This document shows, piece by piece, positions 8,722 to 16,009 of a stretch of 64,000 bases of DNA. Source of the stretch: Nocardioides sp. (lineage in GTDB: Bacteria; Actinomycetota; Actinomycetes; Propionibacteriales; Nocardioidaceae); assembly GCF_047607365.1 (NCBI RefSeq), contig NZ_JASGDD010000043.1:843-64842 (forward strand), read 5' to 3'. The notes below the pieces were generated by a model, which did not search any database, was not told the origin of the DNA, and saw only the letters and a program-made list of their open reading frames with translations. How positions within the stretch are numbered: position 1 is the stretch's first letter; the number at the start of each line of letters is the position of its first letter. Made by a program: the position numbers and the translations under genes.

Positions 8722-9723
8722 TTACCCGTTCGGGTGCCGCCTCAACCGCACCCACCACGCGGCCAGCCCGGCCGCGACGACGCCTCCGGCCGCCCAGGGC
8801 CACCACTCCGAGCCCCCACTCGACTGAGGGGAGCCCCCACTCGGCTGAGGGGAGGACCCATTCGGCTGCGGGGAGGCCCCACTCGGGGAGGGAGAGGAGG
8901 GAGAGGGGGAAGGGGAGGTGGGGGCGACGATCGCCTGCAGCTCCGGGGTGAGCTGGAGGTGGAGCACCTCGGAATGGACGCCCTCGCTGGAGAGCCACAG
9001 GCTGCCGTCGGCGGCGATGCCGAGACCCTCGCCCTGCTTCTGGCTCGGCAGGGTCATCGACCCCAGCCGGTCGAGGCTCGGCCAGGCGTAGAGCGTCGCC
9101 GAGGTGTAGCCCCGCACGAGGAAGTGGCGCCCGTCGGGGAGGAACGCGCCATCGGTCGCCATCGGGAGCATCACATCGGGCGAGCTGAGCGCCTCCAGCG
9201 TGACCGGTCCCGTGGCGTCGTACTCCTGCGGCGTGGCGTAGAGCGTGCCGCCCAGGAAGCCCTTGGTGACGATCAGCAGCCGGCCGTCGGGGGCCTCCAT
9301 GAGCGTCTCCGCGTCGTGGGCGCCGTCCGGGTAGCGCAGCTCGCGCGGGACGGAGCCCTCCTGGGTCTCCTGGTCGCCGAGGCCGACCTTCGCCACCCCC
9401 ACGGTGATCGAGTCGCGGATCGCGGCGTTGTCGCCGATGTCGCCGACCCAGACGCGATCGTCGCGCGCCGGCCAGCCGAACGGCGCGAGCGCCTCGACGT
9501 CGGTGGCGTCGTCGGCCCACGCGCTGACCCGCAGGGTCTTCCCCTCCGGGCTGACGACGAAGACGCGCGCGGAGTCGCCAGAGTCGTTGGTCGTCACGAA
9601 GTCGCCGTCCGGCAGCACGACCAGCGCCGAGGACTCGGTGATCTCGGCATCCTGGAACGAGAACGCGCCGTCGCTCGACGGTCCGAGCGCCAGCACGACC
9701 GCCGCCGCGACCCGCGCGATCAT
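8722..9723 (-). CDS. Secreted/surface beta-propeller-like protein (phytase-like/SdiA-regulated-like) with Pro/Ser/Gly linker and C-terminal TM anchor
   Basis: Internal ATG 9723 of ORF 8722..10086(-). Signal-like MIARVAAAVVLALGPSS. Repeated DSGDS / WVGDIGDN / EGLGIAADGSLWLSSEG motifs, then the linker SPSPSPSSPSPSGASPQPNGSSPQPSGGSPQSSGGS and WWPWAAGGVVAAGLAAWWVRLRR. Confidence 0.7.
   Translation of the reverse strand: MIARVAAAVVLALGPSSDGAFSFQDAEITESSALVVLPDGDFVTTNDSGDSARVFVVSPEGKTLRVSAWADDATDVEALAPFGWPARDDRVWVGDIGDNAAIRDSITVGVAKVGLGDQETQEGSVPRELRYPDGAHDAETLMEAPDGRLLIVTKGFLGGTLYATPQEYDATGPVTLEALSSPDVMLPMATDGAFLPDGRHFLVRGYTSATLYAWPSLDRLGSMTLPSQKQGEGLGIAADGSLWLSSEGVHSEVLHLQLTPELQAIVAPTSPSPSPSSPSPSGASPQPNGSSPQPSGGSPQSSGGSEWWPWAAGGVVAAGLAAWWVRLRRHPNG
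8810..8893 (-). repeat. Four 21-bp tandem units of the GCCGAGTGGGGGCTCCCCTC family, inside the CDS (encode SPQPSGG-type linker)
   Basis: Plus-strand units occupy 8810-8830, 8831-8851, 8852-8872 and 8873-8893. Minus-sense GCCGAGTGGGGGCTCCCCTCAG matches the locus 5769-5855 unit GCCGAATGGGGGCTCCCCTCCC at 19 of the first 20 nt. Confidence 0.8.
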
Positions 9724-9725
9724 CG

Positions 9726-10997
9726 TCAGAGCCCCAGAAGATCGGCGAGCTTGGGCCGCACGCCCCAGGTCGAGACGAGCTCGTCGTACTCCTTGCGGAC
9801 GCTGCCTCCCTTCATCGCGCCGACCGCTCCGCCCGTGCGGACGGCGCGCAGCAGGGTGTTGCGTGGGGTGTGCCGGCTCTCGACGAACTGCACGACGTCG
9901 ACCTTGTAGCCGCTGATCCGCAGCAGGCTCGCGCGGATGCCGTCGGTGAGCGTGTCGGCCAGGCGCTCCCGGAGGATCCCGTGGCGCGTGAGCATCGCGT
10001 ACGGCGACGGGGTCGGCGCCCTGCGGAGCTGGGCCGCGATGTCGTGGTGGCAGCACGGCGCGGCCAGGACGAGCGGCGCCTCCCACGCGACGGCCCGCGC
10101 GAGGGCGTCGTCGGTCGCGGTGTCGCAGGCGTGGAGGGCGAGCACCACGTCGGGCGCCTGGTCGAGCTCGACGCCGTCGATCGTGCCGACGACGAACCGC
10201 GCGTCGACGCCCAGCTGCTCCGCCACGGCCGCGTTGTGCGACGCCGACTGCTCCTTGACGTCCACGCCCGTGACGACGACCGGCAGCTCGCGGACGGAGG
10301 CGAGGTAGCGCTGGGCGGCGAACGTGAGGTAGCCGTTGCCGCAGCCCAGATCAACGATCCGCAGCGGCTCCTCAGTGGTCGGTGTGCGGAGGCGCCCGCT
10401 GCCCAGGGCCTCGGAGATCGCGGCGTCGAGCTGCCGCAGGAACTCCTCGACCTGGCGGTACTTCGCGGTCCGGCTCGGCTTGAGCCGCCCGTCACGGTCG
10501 CTGATCCCGAGCGCCACGAAGACCGGATCCGACTCGGGGAGCAGCCGCTCCTTGGCTCGGTCGTGGGAGGCGGCTGCCGGCGAGGCCCCGCCAGAGGCGC
10601 CTTCCCCGTCGGATTCAATCGCCTCGGTGGTGACGAGAGCGGTGTGGGGCGTCTTGGCCTCGACCGTGGTCCTCTCCGTGCTCGTCGTCACCACCCAGCG
10701 GGCCAACGGGAGGTCGAGGAGCTCGTCGAGCGCGGCGATCAGCGCAGGGCCGCCGACCGGGTGGTTCGCGGTGAACGCCTGCGTGGCGTCGTACGTCGTG
10801 ATCTGGAGGTGCCGCCCGGCCTTGAGCTCGACGTAGCGGATCTCCACCCGCCGCCACGGCGGCGTCGTGCCGCGCTGACGACCCGAGGCGACCGCCGTGA
10901 CCAGCCGATCGGGGTCGAGGATCGCCGACCGCATCCGGTTGAGCGCACGCAGCAGTGGCTCGCTGGTCCGACTCGGCGCGCTCGCCACTCCGCTCAC
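9726..10997 (-). CDS. Class I SAM-dependent methyltransferase with ~190-aa N-terminal domain of unknown function
   Basis: 423 aa, GTG start. SAM motif RIVDLGCGNGYLT, then VVLALHACDTATDDAL and LAAPCCHHD, which resemble the Methyltransf_32/METTL25-like pattern as I recall it. Confidence 0.75.
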   Translation of the reverse strand: MSGVASAPSRTSEPLLRALNRMRSAILDPDRLVTAVASGRQRGTTPPWRRVEIRYVELKAGRHLQITTYDATQAFTANHPVGGPALIAALDELLDLPLARWVVTTSTERTTVEAKTPHTALVTTEAIESDGEGASGGASPAAASHDRAKERLLPESDPVFVALGISDRDGRLKPSRTAKYRQVEEFLRQLDAAISEALGSGRLRTPTTEEPLRIVDLGCGNGYLTFAAQRYLASVRELPVVVTGVDVKEQSASHNAAVAEQLGVDARFVVGTIDGVELDQAPDVVLALHACDTATDDALARAVAWEAPLVLAAPCCHHDIAAQLRRAPTPSPYAMLTRHGILRERLADTLTDGIRASLLRISGYKVDVVQFVESRHTPRNTLLRAVRTGGAVGAMKGGSVRKEYDELVSTWGVRPKLADLLGL

Positions 10998-11080
10998 TTG
11001 ACCACCTGGGCGATCACCACGATCACCAGCAGGGCCGCCAGCGCCGCAGGGATGATCAGGCGACGCTGCTTCGGGCTCAC
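10994..11080 (-). CDS. Possible 28-aa single-TM micro-protein, translationally coupled (GTGA) to the methyltransferase
   Basis: GTG 11080 to TGA 10996-10994 translates to VSPKQRRLIIPAALAALLVIVVIAQVVK. Its stop overlaps the methyltransferase GTG (GTGA). No clear SD; below the ORF-track size cut-off. Confidence 0.25.
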   Translation of the reverse strand: MSPKQRRLIIPAALAALLVIVVIAQVVK

Positions 11081-11120
11081 CGGTCCAGTCTACGAAGCAG
11101 CGCCGATGGCTCCCGCATCG

Positions 11121-11495
11121 TCACCGCTCCACGAGGAACTGCTCGATCCGGGCAGCGATCTCCTCCACGTCGCGCAGCGAGCCGTCGGCGATCGCCATGA
11201 TCAGGTCGAACTTCTCGTCCTGCGTCGCGTCGAGGTCGTGACCGTTCATGCCGACGAAGAGACGCAGACCGACCAGAGCGATGCGCTTGTTGCCGTCGAC
11301 AAGGGCGTGGTTGGACACCAGGGAGTGAGTCAGCGCCGCCGCCTTGAGCACAAGGGACGGATACGCCTCGTCACCGAAGACCGTCGCAGCGGGGCGGGCA
11401 AGAGCTGACTCGAGCAGCCCGACGTCACGGATGCCCGGGGAGCCGAGCACCGTCTCGATAGCGAGCAGATCCTCGAGCCGTAGGAACTCGGTCAT
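11121..11495 (-). CDS. doc: Doc (death-on-curing) / Fic-fold type II toxin
   Basis: 124 aa. Fic motif HALVDGNKRIA. ATGA overlap with the upstream antitoxin gene. Confidence 0.9.
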   Translation of the reverse strand: MTEFLRLEDLLAIETVLGSPGIRDVGLLESALARPAATVFGDEAYPSLVLKAAALTHSLVSNHALVDGNKRIALVGLRLFVGMNGHDLDATQDEKFDLIMAIADGSLRDVEEIAARIEQFLVER

Positions 11496-11695
11496 CAGAC
11501 CGAGCCGAGGCGGTCGAGAGCCTCACGGTCCTCGTCCATGATCTTCGCGATCAGGGCGTCACGCTTCTGCTCCCGCTTCGAGACGTACTCCCCGATCGCG
11601 ACGACGACGGTCTCGTGCATGGACCGCCCCTCGCGCTCGGCCGTCTCACGGAGCGCGGCAGCCTGCTCGTCCGTCAGTCGCAGAGTCATCGCCAT
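11495..11695 (-). CDS. Ribbon-helix-helix (CopG-like) antitoxin partner of Doc
   Basis: ORF 11495..11734(-). MAMTLRLTDEQAAALRETAEREGRSMHETVVVAIGEYV is a typical RHH N-terminus. Start at ATG 11695 or 11689. Confidence 0.8.
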   Translation of the reverse strand: MAMTLRLTDEQAAALRETAEREGRSMHETVVVAIGEYVSKREQKRDALIAKIMDEDREALDRLGSV

Positions 11696-11859
11696 GCCTC
11701 GATGGTACGACGCGATATCACCTGATACCACCACGTTGTGCTGGCTACCCGCCTGTCAGTGCGACCGAATCCTGCTCCCAGGATCTGCCTCTACGGCATG
11801 ATCCCGGCTACAAGACTCCGACCGGAATCGGCAACCGGGAGAGCAACCGGGGGTGGATC

Positions 11860-12045
11860 GTGGCGCGTGAAGCCGAGGAGATCGTCGATCACACGCCACT
11901 GGCCGCGAGCAGGATCGACATCGCGTCGCGGATCGGCTGGCTGCTACGCACATGGCGGACGAACTCCGGGCTCTCGTTGCGCGCGGTCGCCGAGCGCCTC
12001 GACCGCGCCTTCAACACCATCGCCACGACCCTGCAGCTGGCCTGA
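11860..12045 (+). CDS. Short XRE-like HTH ORF (61 aa), possibly a truncated remnant
   Basis: GTG start. IGWLLRTWRTNSGLSLRAVAERL looks like helices 1-2 of an XRE HTH, but the ORF stops right after helix 3 and abuts the convergent oxidase stop. Confidence 0.35.
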   Translation: MAREAEEIVDHTPLAASRIDIASRIGWLLRTWRTNSGLSLRAVAERLDRAFNTIATTLQLA

Positions 12046-12049
12046 GCAA

Positions 12050-14869
12050 TCACTGTCCGAGGCGCGACGCCAGGAGCTCGGCGAGGTGCATCGTGCGGAC
12101 GCCGGCGAGGTCGTCGAGCTGGACCCGGCAGCTCATCCCGTCGGCGAGGATGACGGTGTCGGGCCCCGCGGCGCGTACGGCGGGGAGCAGGTGCGTCTCC
12201 GCGATCGCCACCGAGACCTCGTAGTGGCCCCGCTCGACCCCGAAGTTGCCGGCCAGCCCGCAGCAGCCGGCCACCTTCGTCACGGTGGCGCCCGCGCGCT
12301 CGAGGAGCTGCTGGTCGAGCTTCCACCCGACGACCGCGCTCTGGTGGCAGTGCGGCTGGGCGACGATCTCGACGCCGGAGAGATCGGGCACCGGCAGGTC
12401 GAGCTTCGTCACCAGCTCGGCGAAGCTCAGCATCCCCACGGCGACGTCGACCGCCTCCGGGAGGTCGGTCAGCTCGATCGAGTCCGAGCGCAGCGTCGCG
12501 AGACACGACGGCTCCAGCCCGACGACAGGCACCCCTGAGGCGACGTACGGCGCCAGCGTCCGCACCGTCCGCTCCATGATCGACCTGGCCTGGTCGAGCT
12601 GGCCCGTCGTGATCCAGGTCAGCCCGCAGCAGGCGTCGTCGCCGATGACGCGGACGGTGAGCCCCTGCGCCTCGAGGAAGCGGACCGCGGCCTTGCCGGA
12701 CTGGGTGAAGAAGTGGTCGGTGAAGCTGTCGGCCCAGACCCACACGTCGGGCGAGGCACGCCCTGTCCGCGCGGTCGTCGCGCCACGCTTGAGCGTCCGG
12801 GACGCGAAGGTCGGCACCGAGCGGCGCTGGTCGATCCCCGCGACCCACTTGGCGATCCACGCGATCAGCCCGATCCTCATCATCAGGTTGGTCAGTCGCG
12901 CGAACGGCGCACCCAGCCGCGCCCACTGCGGCAGCCGCCCCAGGAGATAGTGCGACCTCGGCCGCCGCCTCCCCTTGAAGGCCTGGTAGAGCGACTCCGA
13001 CTTGTACGTCGCCATGTCCACGCCACTCGGGCAGTCGGTGGAGCAGCCCTTGCAGGCCAGGCACAGGTCGAGCGCGCCTGCCACCGCCGGGTCGGCCAGC
13101 CCGTGCACGAGCCCGCCGTCGAGCGCCTCCTGCAGCACTCGTGCACGGCCGCGGGTGGAGTCCTTCTCCTGCCTCGTCCCGAGGTACGACGGGCACATCA
13201 CGCCCGACGTCGCCGGGGCCACGCACTTGCCGACTCCGGTGCAGCGGTGCACGGCCGCACCCAGGTCGCCGTCGTCGTGGACGAGCCGCAGCGCGGCCCG
13301 CGGACGCGCCCGGGGGCGGACCGGCCGGAGGTCGTCGGTGATGGCGGCCGGCCCGGCGCCGTCGGGCGAGGCGATGTTGCCGGGGTTCATCAGGTTCTCG
13401 GGGTCGGCCACCTGCTTGACCTGCGTGAAGAGGTCGATCGAGGTGGCGTCGTACATGAGCGGCAGCAGCTCGGAGCGGACCCGGCCGTCGCCGTGCTCGC
13501 CGGAGAGCGTGCCGCCGTACTTCCTGATGCCCTGCGCGCACTCGGTCATGAAGTCGCGGAAGACGGCCGCCGACGCCGGATCCCCCGGCTGGAAGGGGAA
13601 GTCGATCCGGCAGTGGATGCAGCCGTCGCCGAAGTGGCCGTAGGGGATGCCGTGCAGGCCGTAGGAGTCGAGGATGGCGTCGAAGTCGCGCAGCCAGGAG
13701 CCGAGGTGCTCCGGCGGGACGGCGGAGTCCTCCCAGCCGGAGTAGGCGGGCGTGGGCAGCGAGCGCCCGGCGAGGCCGGCGCCGTCCTCGCGGATCTTCC
13801 ACAGCGCCGCCATCTCGCCCGGGTCGCGGACCAGGCGGGCGCCGAGCGCACCGGCTGCGGCCGCCACCGCCGTCAGCAGCTCCTCGGCATGGATGCCGGC
13901 GGCCTCGGCCATCAGCCAGCCGCCGCCCGCGGGCAGCTCGGGAACGGCGTTGCCCTTCGCCTTGACCAGCTCGACGATGCGGGCGTCGAGGCCCTCGCAG
14001 GCCAGGAGGGTGCCGGCGCTCGCGCGGGCCGCGGCCAGGACCGCCGTTACGGCGTCGGCGGCGTCGGGCATCGTCGGGTAGCCCAGCACCAGCAGCATCC
14101 GCCCCGGCTCGTCGACGACGAGCCGCACGGTCGTCTCGAGGATCGTCGCCAGCGTGCCCTCCGTGCCGACGAGGAAGCGATCGATCCGGCGGCCCTTCTC
14201 CGGCAGCAGGTGCTCGAGGGAGTAGCCCGAGACCTGCCTCCCGAAGCGGCCGAACTCCGTCCGGAGGTGGGCGAGATGGGCGTCTCCGATCGCCACCAGG
14301 GCGGTCGCCGCCGGGCCGGTCGGCGACGTCGTACCGGAGTATTCGATAACCTCGCCGGTCCCCCACACGACCTTGAGCGCCTCGACGTTGTCGACGGTGC
14401 GGCCGTAGCCCAGCGCACGGTTGCCGCAGGCGTTGTTGCCGATCATCCCGCCGATCGTGCAGCGCGGGTGGGTCGAGGGGTCGGGGCCGAAGCGCAGCCC
14501 GTACGGCGCCGCCGCCCGCTGCAGGTCGGCGTGGACGATCCCCGGCTCGATGCGCGCCGTCCGCGCCTCCGGATCGATGGCGACGACCCGGCGCAGGTCG
14601 CGGGTGTCGACGACGATCCCGGGCCCGACCGCGTTGCCGGCGATGGAGGTGCCGGCGCCCCGGAGCGTCACCGGAACCCCGAGCGCCCGCGACGCCTCGT
14701 GGACCGCGATCAGCTCGTCGGTGTGCTGCGGCCGGACGACGACCTGCGGGATGACGCGGTAGAGCGAGGCGTCGGAGGAGTAGAGCGCCCGCGCGAGGGT
14801 CGAGTCGTCGACCCCGCTGATGCCCCGGCTCCGCAGCTCGGCGGCCAGGTCGAGGGCAACGGCGGTCAC
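12050..14869 (-). CDS. FAD-binding (GlcD-like) and Fe-S-binding (GlcF-like) fusion oxidoreductase
   Basis: Internal GTG 14869 (VTAVALDLAAELRSRG), 8 nt after GGGAGAA, in ORF 12050..15775(-). FAD domain RGAGTSIAGNAVG. Cys clusters CTGVGKCVA and CLACKGCSTDCPSGVDM. C-terminal CCG-type domains (DDACCGL, VAGCCGLAGNFG). Confidence 0.85.
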   Translation of the reverse strand: MTAVALDLAAELRSRGISGVDDSTLARALYSSDASLYRVIPQVVVRPQHTDELIAVHEASRALGVPVTLRGAGTSIAGNAVGPGIVVDTRDLRRVVAIDPEARTARIEPGIVHADLQRAAAPYGLRFGPDPSTHPRCTIGGMIGNNACGNRALGYGRTVDNVEALKVVWGTGEVIEYSGTTSPTGPAATALVAIGDAHLAHLRTEFGRFGRQVSGYSLEHLLPEKGRRIDRFLVGTEGTLATILETTVRLVVDEPGRMLLVLGYPTMPDAADAVTAVLAAARASAGTLLACEGLDARIVELVKAKGNAVPELPAGGGWLMAEAAGIHAEELLTAVAAAAGALGARLVRDPGEMAALWKIREDGAGLAGRSLPTPAYSGWEDSAVPPEHLGSWLRDFDAILDSYGLHGIPYGHFGDGCIHCRIDFPFQPGDPASAAVFRDFMTECAQGIRKYGGTLSGEHGDGRVRSELLPLMYDATSIDLFTQVKQVADPENLMNPGNIASPDGAGPAAITDDLRPVRPRARPRAALRLVHDDGDLGAAVHRCTGVGKCVAPATSGVMCPSYLGTRQEKDSTRGRARVLQEALDGGLVHGLADPAVAGALDLCLACKGCSTDCPSGVDMATYKSESLYQAFKGRRRPRSHYLLGRLPQWARLGAPFARLTNLMMRIGLIAWIAKWVAGIDQRRSVPTFASRTLKRGATTARTGRASPDVWVWADSFTDHFFTQSGKAAVRFLEAQGLTVRVIGDDACCGLTWITTGQLDQARSIMERTVRTLAPYVASGVPVVGLEPSCLATLRSDSIELTDLPEAVDVAVGMLSFAELVTKLDLPVPDLSGVEIVAQPHCHQSAVVGWKLDQQLLERAGATVTKVAGCCGLAGNFGVERGHYEVSVAIAETHLLPAVRAAGPDTVILADGMSCRVQLDDLAGVRTMHLAELLASRLGQ

Positions 14870-14888
14870 ACCCCCGATTCTCCCACCC

Positions 14889-14985
14889 GCACGGCTGCAC
14901 ACCGAAGTCGCCTCGCGCCGCGCCGGACCGGCCGCGTTCACGCGGGGCGGCGTCCGACCGCCCCGACTTCGGTGTGCAGCCGTGC
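14889..14985. repeat. Perfect 22-bp inverted repeat with 53-nt spacer (long hairpin) downstream of the Nudix gene
   Basis: GCACGGCTGCACACCGAAGTCG (14889-14910) is the exact reverse complement of 14964-14985. It begins 4 nt past the Nudix stop and may act as a terminator. Confidence 0.8.
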
Positions 14986-14988
14986 AGG

Positions 14989-15891
14989 TCAGCGCCGGAG
15001 ACCGGCGGCGCGGAGGGCGGCGGCGGTCTGCGGCGTGATCACGCGAGACGCGACGTCGGCGACCGCCACCCACTCGACGGCGTCGGTCGTCCCGTCGAGC
15101 TCGACGACCGCGGGCTCCGCGGTGTCGGAGGTCGTCACGGCGAAGATCAGATGGATCCCGTGGAACTCCTCCCAGCGCCCGGACGGCGCGGCGGCGGTGA
15201 GCGACACGTCGCGTACGTCGAGCGGCCGGCCGACCTCGACCTCGAGCCCGGTCTCCTCCTGGAACTCCCGCCGCAGCGCCTCGCGCGGCGACTCGCCGAA
15301 GTCGATGCCGCCACCGGGGAGATGCCAGCGTCCCCCGTGGACCGCGTGGGGGGCGATCCGGGTGAGCAGCACCTCGACGCCCTCGGCCGTGCCGCGGGTC
15401 AGCAGCCCGTAGACCCCGACCCGCTGCACCTGGGTCACGTGATGGTGGGTGAGCGCCTCGAGGACCAGCGGGACGGTCGGGACGGTGCCGTCGAGCACGT
15501 CGGCGAGTGGCAGCCACGCCGCCTCGGCGGTGGAGCCGCCGACCTCCACGGTGCGGGGCTCGGGCGCGTCGACGGCCACCCAGCCGTCGTAGACGATCCG
15601 CAGCGCGTGCGCGTCGACGTTGCGACCACGCCGCCAGGCGTTGGCCTGGTGGCTCGACAGCACCCACGCGGTCTCGCCGATGACGACGTCGAGCCCGGTC
15701 TCCTCCTGCACCTCGCGCACGACTGCCGCACGCGGGTCCTCGCCGTGGTCGAGCCCCCCGCCCGGCAGCGTCCACATCGGCGTCGCCGTCAGCGTGTCGG
15801 ACAGCCGCGACATCAGGATCGCCCCGTCACGGAGCACGACGGCGTACGCCGCCACCCGCTGCACCTGCGGCAGCCTCTCCCGCCGCCTCAT
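14989..15891 (-). CDS. Tandem (double) Nudix-domain hydrolase
   Basis: 300 aa with two Nudix boxes: GGGLDHGEDPRAAVVREVQEETGL and GGGIDFGESPREALRREFQEETGL. Confidence 0.85.
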   Translation of the reverse strand: MRRRERLPQVQRVAAYAVVLRDGAILMSRLSDTLTATPMWTLPGGGLDHGEDPRAAVVREVQEETGLDVVIGETAWVLSSHQANAWRRGRNVDAHALRIVYDGWVAVDAPEPRTVEVGGSTAEAAWLPLADVLDGTVPTVPLVLEALTHHHVTQVQRVGVYGLLTRGTAEGVEVLLTRIAPHAVHGGRWHLPGGGIDFGESPREALRREFQEETGLEVEVGRPLDVRDVSLTAAAPSGRWEEFHGIHLIFAVTTSDTAEPAVVELDGTTDAVEWVAVADVASRVITPQTAAALRAAGLRR

Positions 15892-15903
15892 GGCCCACCG
15901 CCC

Positions 15904-16001
15904 GGTGAGGAGTCACCGGTTAACCGGGAACTGGGGAACTTCTCGGCCGGCGCACTGGCCGAGAAGTTCCCTTTTCGCCGGTTAACCGGGGACTCCTCAC
16001 C
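15904..16001. repeat. ~45-nt-arm inverted repeat containing two copies of the 12-bp palindrome CCGGTTAACCGG
   Basis: Left arm 15904-15948, right arm 15957-16001. The arms match except for 1 mismatch and a 6-nt internal bubble. CCGGTTAACCGG occurs at 15915-15926 and 15978-15989 (63 bp centre to centre). Lies between the reductase stop (16010) and the Nudix start (15891). Confidence 0.8.
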
Positions 16002-16009
16002 TCTGGATC

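Noticed and set aside
12050-15775. A single 1241-aa ORF spanning the oxidase and running on through the Nudix gene region.
   Set aside because: The N-terminal ~300 residues are Arg/Gly/Ala low complexity and overlap the well-supported double-Nudix gene in another frame. A GTG with an SD at 14869 gives a standard ~939-aa GlcD/GlcF-fusion length.
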